A stretch of 64,000 nt of DNA from Myxococcota bacterium (GCA_965247115.1 CBDFGR010000003.1:288001-352000), one strand, 5' to 3'. Shown: positions 38,353 to 48,187, numbered from the stretch's first letter. Numbers and translations: made by a program. Notes: a model not told the origin generated them from the letters alone.

Positions 38353-39572
38353 GACGACCCGCCCGCCACGACTTCACCCAGGGGTGCGATCCAGCAGGCG
38401 CCGCGAGTGAACTCGCTCTCGCCCACGCCGACGAGCTCCCGGTCGTCATGCAGAAGATGGAGCAGCCCCTGGAGCGTCTGCTCCTCGAAGAGCTCGCGCA
38501 CGGTCTCTCGCAGCTCGAGGCGGCCCTGGGGAAGCGGCCGGTAGGAGAAGGCCACAGCGTGGAAGTGGCCGAGCAGGCCGCTCGTACCCAGCGGGCGCAG
38601 CAGCGCTTCCAGACCCGAGGGCGCCTCTCGCGCAGCCAGGCCCACCACGAGAGCCAGGCAGTTGGGGAAGGCGCGCTCCGAGGTGAACGAGAGCCAGCTC
38701 CGGATCTCGGGAAACGCGAGGCTCGGCCCGCCTTCGGCCTGCACCGGCGAGCGGCGCAGCGCCGCACCCAGGAGCCCGGTCGCGTCGGCAAGGATCACGA
38801 GCCCGGCGGCCTGCGCGTCGGCCAGCTCGAGACTCGTAGCGACGAGCTGCGAGAGCGGTGCCGCTCCGAGCTCGGGATCCGTTTCGAAGCGCGCAAGCTG
38901 GGCGAAGTCGCCCTGGCAGCGCGCACCGTAGAGCACGTGCAGCTCCGGGACGAGGGCCTGCTCGGCGAGGAGGAAGTCCGGTACCTGCGTACCGTCCGTC
39001 GGCAGGTAGGTAGCGCTGCCGGCCACGGCCAGGAACTCGCCGAAACGGCCCTGGCAGTCCGCGAAGCTGCGGCCGAGGGCACCCAGGCCCAGACCGAAGC
39101 TCGTTTCGGGGTAAGCGATCCTCTGGCAGTCGGCGGCCGTGAAATCGCGCTCGAACGTCGACGGGTCTCCGATGACCTGGCAGCGCGCCCGCGCTCCGGG
39201 GGTCAGGGGGTACAGCTCAAAGCGTCCGATGCTTCGCTCGACGCTCGTGCCGGATGCGCGATCTGCCGGCGCGGCGACCTCGAGCAGCGCAAGCACCCCG
39301 GCCATCTCGAGCACCTCGACCACGGGCTGCGCGGGCTGGCTGATCCCGAATGAGCCGCCGATGCGACGGAGCTGCTGGGAGTAGCGGATGAGCACCCGGA
39401 TGCCCGCCGAGCTGATGTAGTCGACGTGAGCTAGGTCGAGCCGCAGCTGGTGGCGGCCTTCGCGCAGTGCGGTCTCGAGGCTCGCCGCCACGTGATCAGA
39501 CCAGCGGGCGTCGAGACGTCCCGTCAGCTCGAGCACGAGGACGTCGCCGTCGAGTCGCCGCGCGATCTCCAC
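38349..39572 (-). CDS. STAS-domain protein with about 300 aa of unknown C-terminal domain
   Basis: GRLDA...YISSAGIRVL at the N-terminus. Confidence 0.85.
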   Translation of the reverse strand: MEIARRLDGDVLVLELTGRLDARWSDHVAASLETALREGRHQLRLDLAHVDYISSAGIRVLIRYSQQLRRIGGSFGISQPAQPVVEVLEMAGVLALLEVAAPADRASGTSVERSIGRFELYPLTPGARARCQVIGDPSTFERDFTAADCQRIAYPETSFGLGLGALGRSFADCQGRFGEFLAVAGSATYLPTDGTQVPDFLLAEQALVPELHVLYGARCQGDFAQLARFETDPELGAAPLSQLVATSLELADAQAAGLVILADATGLLGAALRRSPVQAEGGPSLAFPEIRSWLSFTSERAFPNCLALVVGLAAREAPSGLEALLRPLGTSGLLGHFHAVAFSYRPLPQGRLELRETVRELFEEQTLQGLLHLLHDDRELVGVGESEFTRGACWIAPLGEVVAGGSS

Positions 39573-39575
39573 GGA

Positions 39576-41564
39576 CTACTCCCCTACCGTCTCGGCCGCG
39601 CGAGCCAGGACCGTCGAGGGCAGTACGATGCCGACGCGGCGAGCTGCCTCGGGGTTCACGAGCAAGCGCGTCGACTGGTCGGGCTCGAAGGGCATGCGGG
39701 CCGGATCCTCGCCGCGCATCACACGCGCGGCCATGTGCCCCGTCTTCCTCCCCGCGTCCTCGTAGTCGCGTGCCTGGGCCGCCACCGCGCCCTGGCGCAC
39801 ATTGCTCGAGATGAACCCGAAGACGGGCAGGTCGCGTCGCTCGGCCGCGCGCATGATGGCGACGAAGGCCGTGGTCGTGAGACTTCCTGCCACCTGAGCG
39901 ACGGCATCGATGTCCTGGCTGGTGAGCGCCAGTGCGGCGTCGCTCACCTCGGAGCTCGTGTTGGCAGCCACGGAGACGAGCTCGAGGCCGGCGCGCTGCG
40001 CGACTCGCTCGAGCTCCTGCGTGTTGAAGACCGAGTTGGCTTCCGCGGGGATCGTCAGGGTGCCGATGCGCTGCACGTCGGGCATGAGCTCGAGCATGAG
40101 CTGCACCAGCTCCTCGTACGCGCTCGGTGTGGGTACGCCCGTCACGTTGGGCAGGTGATCCCGATTGCTCGTCCCGACGCCTGCGAGGAAGGGGTTGGAC
40201 GTCAGACTGAAGACCACGGGCCGGCCGCGGGCGCGCTGAGCCGTGGCTTGCAAAGCAGGTGTCGAGAGCGTGAGCAGCAGGTCGGTACCCTCGCTGATCG
40301 CCGCGTCCACCAGGATGGACAGCGTCGCCATGTCGCCCTGAGCATTGCGGACCCGCAGCTCGAAGTCGCGTCCCGCGACGAGGCCGGCCTCCGCGAGTCC
40401 AGCGCGGATCCCCTCCTCCATCTCGTCCACCTCGATCATGTTCGTGTACTCGATGAGATCGAGCTTCCAGGTGCGGTCGAGGGCGGCGACGTCTCCGGAG
40501 TCCCGGTGGGTGGCCGTGGCGCTCCGCGCGAGACGGCCCGACGAGTCGATCACCTCGTCCGCGCGGGAGAGCACGGATTCGGGCACTTCAAGCCCGAGCT
40601 CGCGGGCCACGTCGATGTTCACGCTGCGCCAGACCGCGGCCACGTTGCGGAACGGGATCTGACTCGGGGACTCGCCCTTGAGCACGCGGGCCGCGAGCTC
40701 GGCGGCCGCGACTCCGCTGTCGTAGAATGCAATGCCCACGGCAGCCAGAGCTCCTTGCGCGAGCTGCTCGGGGATGTTCGTGACTATCGGGATGTGAGCC
40801 GCGCGCGCGGCCTGAACGACGCTGGTAAAGGCCTGCTGCACGGTGTTGTCGCCCGTGATCCAGATGGCATCGGCGCCTCGCGCCACGGTTGCCTGGGTTG
40901 CCTGGAGGACCTCGGCGGTCGTCGACACCGTCACCTCTTCGAGTGCGAGACCCTTCTGCTCGAAGATGGGGCGCGCCACGTTGAGCACTTTCTCGGAGTT
41001 GGCCTCTGCGCTGTTGTGCACGCTGCCGATGCGACGCGCGCCCGGCACGAGCTCCTGGATCAGATCGACGGTCTCCGCCACGGGAGGAAACGAGCCGACA
41101 CCCGTCACCAAGGGCAGATGATCCGCGAAGCTTGTGCCCGCGCCTGCGGCGATGGGATCGTAGACGTAGGTGAAGACGACGGGAGTGTTGCGCACCGCGG
41201 AACAGGCAGCCGTGAGGCACGGAGTTGTGAACGTCACGATCAGATCGAGGCCGCGGGAATCGAAGTCCTGGAGCAGCGTCGGGATCATGGCGATCTCAGC
41301 CTGGGCGTGGGCCCGTACCACCTCCAGGTTGCGGCCCTCCTCGAAGCCATGTGCGCGCAGGCCGTCCATCAGGCCTCGGTGGCACACCTGGAAGCCCTCC
41401 TCGGGCGCGAAGTAGACGAGGCCGATGCGGAAGGATCGCTCCGTGGCGACTGCATCGGACTTGGCGCGCGCGACGCGCCGATCACGATCCGAAAACAGGA
41501 GTGCGGCCGACGCCAGCGCGATGAGGCCGAGCCCGAGCGCGAGCCCCCGCAGCGAGGACCCCAT
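39576..41564 (-). CDS. ABC substrate-binding protein with two tandem ABC_sub_bind domains
   Basis: Duplicated AQA/GE..TTP/STP..PVVF..VTGV..EANS motifs and an N-terminal transmembrane segment. Confidence 0.9.
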   Translation of the reverse strand: MGSSLRGLALGLGLIALASAALLFSDRDRRVARAKSDAVATERSFRIGLVYFAPEEGFQVCHRGLMDGLRAHGFEEGRNLEVVRAHAQAEIAMIPTLLQDFDSRGLDLIVTFTTPCLTAACSAVRNTPVVFTYVYDPIAAGAGTSFADHLPLVTGVGSFPPVAETVDLIQELVPGARRIGSVHNSAEANSEKVLNVARPIFEQKGLALEEVTVSTTAEVLQATQATVARGADAIWITGDNTVQQAFTSVVQAARAAHIPIVTNIPEQLAQGALAAVGIAFYDSGVAAAELAARVLKGESPSQIPFRNVAAVWRSVNIDVARELGLEVPESVLSRADEVIDSSGRLARSATATHRDSGDVAALDRTWKLDLIEYTNMIEVDEMEEGIRAGLAEAGLVAGRDFELRVRNAQGDMATLSILVDAAISEGTDLLLTLSTPALQATAQRARGRPVVFSLTSNPFLAGVGTSNRDHLPNVTGVPTPSAYEELVQLMLELMPDVQRIGTLTIPAEANSVFNTQELERVAQRAGLELVSVAANTSSEVSDAALALTSQDIDAVAQVAGSLTTTAFVAIMRAAERRDLPVFGFISSNVRQGAVAAQARDYEDAGRKTGHMAARVMRGEDPARMPFEPDQSTRLLVNPEAARRVGIVLPSTVLARAAETVGE

Positions 41565-41705
41565 CAGAGGGGCGTGCAGTCTGATCGGACGTGGCGTGTC
41601 CCGAGCACCACGAGATTCTCCACCGACCGAGCCCTCAGGCGCAAATGCCGTAGCTGCACGCGGTCGTGCTACGCTGGGCGCGCCCAGTCCATGGAGGTCC
41701 CGGCG

Positions 41706-42385
41706 ATGCTGACTCTGCCGGAGGAGATCCTGCTGCTCGTCCTCGACGACGAGACAGGACGCTTCGCAAACCCGATCGCGGGAATGCAACCGGGCGCCGG
41801 AGCCGGACCGCTGAGTCGATCCTTCGCCCTCGCGGGCGCGGTGCTGATGGAGCTGGCTCTGCGCTCGAAGATCGATACGGACCCGGAGCAGCTGGTGCTC
41901 GTGGATGCTGAACCGACGGGCGATGCGCTCCTGGACCACTACCTGGCCCGGATCGCCGAGGGCAAGACGAAGGATGCGCGGGCCTGGGTTTTCGACCTGT
42001 CCCAGGACGGCGCCGCGATTGAGGAGACGGCTCTGGATCGGCTGGTGGAGCGAGGCATCCTGCGCCGAGTCGAGAAGCGAGTCCTGTGGTATTCAAGACC
42101 CGGCGCTACCCCATGGTCGACGGGGTGGAGGAGCGCGAGGTCAGAACGCGCATCCTGGAGCTGCTGAAGGGAGACGAGATCCCGTCTCCCCACGATGTGG
42201 TGCTCGTGAGCCTGGCGGACGCCTGCACGCTCTTTGTGGAGATCCTGGGTGACGATGAAGCGCAGCGCCTGGCACCGCGCATTCGCCAGATCGGACAGCT
42301 CGATCTGATCGGCCAGGCCGTGGCCCGCTCGTTGGACTCGTTGCGGCTCGAGCTCGCCAAGGCCATGACAATCCGGTACGTCTGA
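41706..42385 (+). pseudogene. GPP34/GOLPH3 family protein, frameshifted near 42089
   Basis: MLTLPEEILLLVLDD, LAGAVLMELAL and LVERGIL; the VLW|VFKTRRYP junction needs one extra G. Confidence 0.8.
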
Positions 42386-42418
42386 CCACGCCCGAACCGG
42401 GCGCGCGCGAGGGCCTGA

Positions 42419-42754
42419 ATGGAGACGAAGGAAGCGCGGATCAAGTCGACCCTGGTGATGGTGTTGAGCGGTCGCCTCGACGCGAACAGCGCGGACGCCT
42501 TCCAGGAGCAGCTGCTCCGCAACATTGAGTCGGGAGAGATGTCGATCCTTCTCGACCTCGTGGACCTCGAATACGTGAGCAGCGCCGGATTGCGAGTGCT
42601 GCTCGTGGGCGCGCGTCGACTCCAGGAGAAGGGAGGACGGCTTGGCGCGAGCTCGGCTCAGGGCGAGGTTCGGGAAGTCCTGCAGATGACGGGCTTCGAC
42701 AACTTCGTGGTGGTGTACGCCGATCGCGAGACGGCCCTCGCGGATCTCGGCTAA
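42419..42754 (+). CDS. Anti-sigma factor antagonist (STAS, RsbV-like)
   Basis: SGRLDA and YVSSAGLRVL motifs. Confidence 0.92.
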   Translation: METKEARIKSTLVMVLSGRLDANSADAFQEQLLRNIESGEMSILLDLVDLEYVSSAGLRVLLVGARRLQEKGGRLGASSAQGEVREVLQMTGFDNFVVVYADRETALADLG

Positions 42755-42836
42755 GGCAGGCGGCTCCGGATTCCTGAGTCGCCGCTGAGAGCAGATCCAC
42801 AGCGCCTGGAGTAGGCTGGTTGCTAGAGGAGGCGCT

Positions 42837-44132
42837 ATGGCGGATCTGGATGCCGCTACGATCGAATACGGTGACGCCTTTGCGCTGATTGCCGAGATGG
42901 CGCGTGGCTTTGCGGAGGCGCGGAACTTCGACGGCGTACTGGAGCGCGCCCTGGGCTCGATCGCGTCCCACGTGGGCGCAGAGGCGGGCTCGCTCTGGAT
43001 CCTGGACGACGGGGTGGGCGAACTGGTCTGCAATACCTGCGTGGGCCCGAACCCGATCGTCGGCACGCGGCTTCCCGCGTCCGAGGGCATCGTTGGAAAG
43101 AGCGTACGCGAGAAGACCTGCCAGACGGTCTTCGACGTCTCGCAGGACCCGGACTTTTCGGGAAAGGCGGACGAGGCTTCGGGACTGGTGACCCGCTCGA
43201 TCCTGTGCGCGCCGATGAGCTTCTCGGACCAGGTGGTCGGCGCGGTGGAGCTGATCAACAAGCGAGCCGGGGACGGCCACTTCACCGAGCGCGACGCCGA
43301 GGTGCTCCAGATCCTGGCGTCGTCGGCGGGGCTCGCGATCTCCAATCAACGCCTGGCGGCAGCTCAGGTCGAGAGCGAAACCGCCCGCCGGGAGCTCGAG
43401 GTCGCCGCCGAGATCCAGATGAGCATGCTGCCCCGGACCTTTCCCCCCTACCCCGAACGCGGTGAGTTCGCGATCTTCGCGAGCCTGCTGCCCGCGCGCG
43501 AGGTGGGCGGCGATTTCTACGACTTCTCCCTGATGGACGACGACCGGCTCACCTTCGGAGTCGGCGACGTTTCGGGGAAGGGAACGCCCGCGGCCCTGTT
43601 CATGGCCAAGACGGCGACGCTCCTCAAGTCGCTCGCCCGGGACGATTTGTCTCCAGCGCGCATCATGGCGCGTCTGAACGACGAGCTCTCCGACCGAAAC
43701 GAATCGTGCATGTTCGTCACCCTCTTCTTCGGCGTGCTCGACCTGAAGACGGGCGAGCTGGTCTATGCCAACGCGGGCCACAACCCGCCGGTTCTCAAAC
43801 GTTCGGACGGTCGGGTCGAATCCGTCGCCGGGCGCCACGGACCGTTGCTCGGTGCCTGGGCCGGGATGGCGTACGCCGAGGGCGCCCTCCAGCTCTCGGC
43901 CGGTGACCTGATGGTTCTCTACACCGATGGGGTAACCGAGGCGACGGATTCCGAGGGGCGGTTCTTCTCCGAGGAGCGCCTGGTGGACCTGCTCGGGTCG
44001 CGGCGCTTCGCGTCGGCCGAAGACGCCGTCCACGCGATTCGCGCGAGCGTCGAGGAGTTCGAACTGGGAACCCTCCAGACGGACGACGTCGCCGTGCTGG
44101 CGGTGCGTCTCGAGGGGGGCGGGCGCGGCTGA
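42837..44132 (+). CDS. GAF + PP2C (SpoIIE/RsbU-like) phosphatase
   Basis: GAF domain (GIVG..D..SG...RSILCAP..ELINK) and GGDFYD, DVSGKG, NAGH, YTDG, DD motifs. Confidence 0.93.
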   Translation: MADLDAATIEYGDAFALIAEMARGFAEARNFDGVLERALGSIASHVGAEAGSLWILDDGVGELVCNTCVGPNPIVGTRLPASEGIVGKSVREKTCQTVFDVSQDPDFSGKADEASGLVTRSILCAPMSFSDQVVGAVELINKRAGDGHFTERDAEVLQILASSAGLAISNQRLAAAQVESETARRELEVAAEIQMSMLPRTFPPYPERGEFAIFASLLPAREVGGDFYDFSLMDDDRLTFGVGDVSGKGTPAALFMAKTATLLKSLARDDLSPARIMARLNDELSDRNESCMFVTLFFGVLDLKTGELVYANAGHNPPVLKRSDGRVESVAGRHGPLLGAWAGMAYAEGALQLSAGDLMVLYTDGVTEATDSEGRFFSEERLVDLLGSRRFASAEDAVHAIRASVEEFELGTLQTDDVAVLAVRLEGGGRG

Positions 44133-44144
44133 GCCCTACCCGCT

Positions 44145-45890
44145 CTACGACAGAGGCCTGCTGTCGAGCTTGACCGAGAGGTAGGTCCGATCGTGGAACT
44201 GCTCGTGTCGGAGCTCGGTTGCCAGATGACTGAGGATTCGAAGCCCAGCGTCTTCCGCCGTGACCTGATCACGCTCGCCGAGCTCGCGGACGAGGTTCTC
44301 GATGTTCTCGGCACCGGGTCCGCTCAGGAACTCGAGCTCGAGTAGGCCGTCGACCTCTCTCGCTGAGACCGGAATCGGGCTCGGTGTGGCACGCGATGCC
44401 TCCTCCTCCTTGCCGAGGAGGAAGAGCAGGGCCTCTTCCCCCGCGAGCTGGAGCCGGTCGGTGGCGCCCTTGTCCCAGCCGAGTTTGGTGGCGAGGCGGG
44501 AGAGGAAGTCTTGCAGCTCGGGGATCGCGGCGGTTGAGGCTTCGAGCGTGATCCGATCGCGCGTGCGGTTCTTGATGGCGAGCACAGAGGTGAGCAGCAC
44601 CGCGACGAGGGTGCCCGAGGTCATGCCGTTGTCGAGCAGCGTGTGCGCCCATTCCGGAAGATGGTCAGGGAAGACGAGCTGGTTCTGAAAGGCCATGCCC
44701 AGCCAGAAGGACAGACAGACCACGAATCCATTCTCGTACGAGAGACCCCCACCGGCCGCAAGGCGCAGCCCCTGGGCGAACAGCAGCACCAGCAGGACCA
44801 GCAGGAACGCGCCGACGACTACGTCGGGGATCGACCGGAGCAAGGCCGAGATCTTGGGCAGGAAGGCGACGGACATCAGGAGCGCGCCGCCGTATACACC
44901 GACGCGCGCCGCGGCGACGCCGGTGAGCTGGACGACCGCAATGCTCGTCGAGTAGGTCGTGTTCGGAAGCGTGCCAAGGAGCCCGGAGAGCAGGTTCCCG
45001 ACTCCGTCGGCATTGATCGCGCCCTGAACGGCCTTGAAGTCGACGGGCTGCTGCGTCCGCGCCGACGCCCGCTGAATGGCGATGCCGTCGCCGAAGGTCT
45101 CGATGGCCCCGACAACGGTGACGATCATGAATGCGGGGAGTAGGGCCAGGAGCGTGGTGTCGAACGAGAGATCGAGGCCGGGCCAGCCAGCGCGGGGCAA
45201 TCCCAGCCATGAGGCCTCGCGCACCGCCGTCAGGTCGAGCAGGCCGAAGAACGAGCCCACTGCACAGCCCGCGACGACTCCACACAGGGCTCCCCAGAGC
45301 CTGGCCTGCCCGGACGAGAGCAGAGAAATAGCCAGAATCACGACGACCGTGGCACCCGCGGTGAAGGGTCCGGCGAGGGAGGTCGGCTCGATGTGCGCGG
45401 GCAGCGTCGTGACCAGGCGGAAACAAATGGGGAAGATGTCCACTGCGATCAGCATGATCACGGTGCCCCCGACGGTCGGCGTGATGATCCGGCGCAGGAG
45501 CGACAGCCGGGCAGAGAACGTGAACTGGATGAGCGAGGAAAGAACGACCAGGGTCGCCAGCAGGGGCAGGCCGCCCTCCCGGACTGCAGTCGTGGACACG
45601 GCGATGAAGGCGGCCGACGTGCCCATGAACAGGCTATATCCCGCCCCGATCGGCCCGAGCGGGCGTGCCTGGAGGATCGTCGTCAGGCCACTCACGAGGA
45701 GCGCTGCGAAGATGGCCCAACTCATGACCTGCTCGGAGCTCCCGGCTGCCTTCAGGACGATGATGGGCGTGATAACGATTCCCGCCAGGATCACCACCAC
45801 GACCTGGAAGCCCAGCGCCGCCGAGAGGAGGTGGGGCGGTCGGTCGGTCACCTCGTAGCGAAGACCAGAGGACCGGCCGGGCTCGCTCAC
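44145..45890 (-). CDS. NCS2 (xanthine/uracil permease) family protein with C-terminal HATPase/RsbW-like domain
   Basis: ETFGD, GAINADG, PNTTYS and FLPK motifs; a soluble tail of about 135 aa with LAGEEAL and GLRIL. Confidence 0.82.
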   Translation of the reverse strand: MSEPGRSSGLRYEVTDRPPHLLSAALGFQVVVVILAGIVITPIIVLKAAGSSEQVMSWAIFAALLVSGLTTILQARPLGPIGAGYSLFMGTSAAFIAVSTTAVREGGLPLLATLVVLSSLIQFTFSARLSLLRRIITPTVGGTVIMLIAVDIFPICFRLVTTLPAHIEPTSLAGPFTAGATVVVILAISLLSSGQARLWGALCGVVAGCAVGSFFGLLDLTAVREASWLGLPRAGWPGLDLSFDTTLLALLPAFMIVTVVGAIETFGDGIAIQRASARTQQPVDFKAVQGAINADGVGNLLSGLLGTLPNTTYSTSIAVVQLTGVAAARVGVYGGALLMSVAFLPKISALLRSIPDVVVGAFLLVLLVLLFAQGLRLAAGGGLSYENGFVVCLSFWLGMAFQNQLVFPDHLPEWAHTLLDNGMTSGTLVAVLLTSVLAIKNRTRDRITLEASTAAIPELQDFLSRLATKLGWDKGATDRLQLAGEEALLFLLGKEEEASRATPSPIPVSAREVDGLLELEFLSGPGAENIENLVRELGERDQVTAEDAGLRILSHLATELRHEQFHDRTYLSVKLDSRPLS

Positions 45891-45956
45891 GTATCCCTCT
45901 CCCTCCCCCGCTCAGGCGAACCAGCGAGTATCATACCGCCAAGAGAGGCCCGTCAT

Positions 45957-46277
45957 ATGGAGACAGAGATCGAGACCCGATCGACGGGGACCTGGATCCA
46001 CGTGAAGGGACGCCTCGACATGGCCACCGCACCCGACTTGGATCGGCAGCTGGACGCGCTGATCCACGACGGGAACCGGGACCTGGTGTTCGACCTCGGA
46101 CAGCTCGAGTACGTGAGCAGCGCGGGCCTGCGCTCGTTTCTGTCGGCAGCAAAGAAGCTCGAGCCCGACGGGGGCAGCCTGGTGTTCGTGGCGCTGCAGG
46201 AGTTCGTGCTGAAGATCTTCGAGATCTCGGGCCTGAACAAGCTGTTCCGCATCTGCGCGAGCGCGGACGAGGTCTAG
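45957..46277 (+). CDS. Anti-sigma factor antagonist (STAS)
   Basis: KGRLD and YVSSAGLRSFL motifs. Confidence 0.92.
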   Translation: METEIETRSTGTWIHVKGRLDMATAPDLDRQLDALIHDGNRDLVFDLGQLEYVSSAGLRSFLSAAKKLEPDGGSLVFVALQEFVLKIFEISGLNKLFRICASADEV

Positions 46278-46736
46278 GGTCCGCTCTGCGTCGACCTGGA
46301 ACTATGGGTTTCGTTCCGCAAGCCGGGTAACGAAGTCAGTGAACTTGTTTTCACTCGCCTCCCCGCGTGACCACTCTTCGATCCTTGCGAGGTCCACCGA
46401 GTGCCTGCTAGCTACCGCGATCGCTTGATCTAGCGCCTGCGGATCGTCGAAGTGGAAATAGTGCGCAAGGCGATCCATTACGCACTCGGTTGGTGGGAGG
46501 ATTCGCAGGGCACCAAAGCTCGTTTCTCTCTCGGAGAACTCGGTCACTATTTCGTTCCCTACTGTGACCGGACCTGGTGGGAACTCGATCCATAGCCTTG
46601 TGTTCGGGTGCTTCCAGTGGCGTCCTGTTTCCTTCTGGAAGCCCAGCTCCTCCATAGCCAAATCAACGCGTTTGGCGAGGACTGGAGTTGACCCGGTTTC
46701 GTAGACACCTTCACACTTGGGAGAAGGGGGGTCACG

Positions 46737-47051
46737 ATGCCGAGGAGCCGATCGCCGTATTCGCCGGAGTACCGGCAGCAGATGGTCGACCTGGTGCGAG
46801 GGGGTCGGACGCCCGAGTCGCTCTCGCGGGAGTTCGAGCCAACAGCGCAGTCGATCTGGAACTGGGTCCGCCAGGCCGAGCGGGATGAAGGTACCCGCAC
46901 GGACGGCCTGACGACGGAGGAGAAGGAGGAGCTCCGGCGTCTCCGCCGCGAGGTGCGTGTGCTTCGCGAGGAGAAGGAGATCCTGAAAAAAGCCGCGGCC
47001 TGGTTCGCTCAGGAGACCGGCTCTACGCCCCGCGGGCGTTCGAGTTCGTGA
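46737..47051 (+). CDS. IS3 transposase OrfA
   Basis: HTH and leucine-zipper EELRRLRRE..ILKKAAA; AAAAAAG -1 frameshift motif at 46986-46992. Confidence 0.92.
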   Translation: MPRSRSPYSPEYRQQMVDLVRGGRTPESLSREFEPTAQSIWNWVRQAERDEGTRTDGLTTEEKEELRRLRREVRVLREEKEILKKAAAWFAQETGSTPRGRSSS

Positions 47052-47890
47052 GCGACCACCGGGCCGAGTTCGCCGTGAAGCGCATGTGCCACACGCTGGG
47101 GGTCTCCACCAGCGGCTACTACGCGTGGTGCCAGCGGGAGCCGTCCGCGCGATTCTGCGCGGACGAGGCGCTCGAGAGGCGGATCGTGGAGATCCATGCG
47201 GGCTCGCGAGGGACCTACGGGGTTCCGCGGATCCACGCCGAGCTCGGCGCCGACGGCGTGCGGGTGGCTCGCAAGCGGGTCTCGCGACTGATGCGCCGGG
47301 CCGGGATCGAAGGGGTCTCTCGTCGACGGCGAGCGTGGACGACGAAACGGGATCGTGACGCGCGTCCTGCCCCGGACCTCGTCGAGCGCGACTTCGGAGC
47401 ACCGGGTCCCGACCAGCTCTGGGTGGCGGACATCACGTACGTGCCGACGTGGGTCGGGTTCCTGTACCTGGCGGTCGTGGTCGATGCGTGGAGTCGACGG
47501 GTGGTCGGCTGGGCGATGGCGGACCACCTGCGCACCGAGCTCGTGCTGGACGCGCTCAACATGGCGCTAGGGCAGCGGCGGGCCACCGCTGTGATCCACC
47601 ACTCGGACCAGGGCTGCCAGTACACCTCGATCGCGTTCGGGCTGCGGTGTCGCGAAGCGGGAGTCCAGCCGTCGATGGGATCGGTGGGCGACTGCTACGA
47701 CAACGCGCTGGCCGAGAGCTTCTTCGCCACGCTCGAGTGCGAGCTGCTCGATCGCGTCCGCTTCCGCAGCCAGAGCGAGGCGAGGATCGCGATCTTCGAC
47801 TTCATCGAAGGCTTCTACAATCCTCGACGGAGACACTCGGCACTCGGCTATCTCTCGCCGATCGAGTTCGAACGTGCGCAGGCAGCCTGA
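47048..47890 (+). CDS. IS3 transposase OrfB (DDE integrase core)
   Basis: WVADITY, HSDQG and DNALAESFF motifs. Confidence 0.95.
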   Translation: MSDHRAEFAVKRMCHTLGVSTSGYYAWCQREPSARFCADEALERRIVEIHAGSRGTYGVPRIHAELGADGVRVARKRVSRLMRRAGIEGVSRRRRAWTTKRDRDARPAPDLVERDFGAPGPDQLWVADITYVPTWVGFLYLAVVVDAWSRRVVGWAMADHLRTELVLDALNMALGQRRATAVIHHSDQGCQYTSIAFGLRCREAGVQPSMGSVGDCYDNALAESFFATLECELLDRVRFRSQSEARIAIFDFIEGFYNPRRRHSALGYLSPIEFERAQAA

Positions 47891-48187
47891 GCCAGGCTTT
47901 GCCCGGATCGACCCCCTGCGGGGCCGAGTCTCGCAAGGACTTCAGGAAAGGAATCAGAGACAATCAACCATGAGCGCTCGGGGAGATCCCAAGCGCTCAG
48001 GTGTCCACCGAAACGGGGCAGCTCCAGCCTGCGTGAATCAGATCTAGGTCATCGGACTCGTACTCATTGTGCGAGTAGATCGAGACCGCCGCACCACCTG
48101 AAAGGACCACGGTGATGCCGTGTCTGTTTAGGGTCTCGCAGACCAGTCCCCCAAGCTCTTCTCTGCTCATCTCAGGGTGGACCTCGA

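Larger units (their letters stand above)
46683..48026 (+). mobile_element. IS3-family insertion sequence
   Basis: TG...CA ends with imperfect 28-bp inverted repeats (TGGAGTTGACCCGGTTTCGTAGACACCT / TGGAGCTGCCCCGTTTCGGTGGACACCT). Flanks GAC/GCC may be an imperfect 3-bp target duplication. Confidence 0.95.

Noticed and set aside
39450..42167. 905-aa ORF
   Set aside because: It is an antisense shadow of the SBP gene running into the GPP34 N-terminal half.
46302..47402. 366-aa IS-nucleotidyltransferase fusion protein
   Set aside because: The N-terminal part is antisense to the transposase, and the fusion would lack the catalytic GG/DxD motifs.
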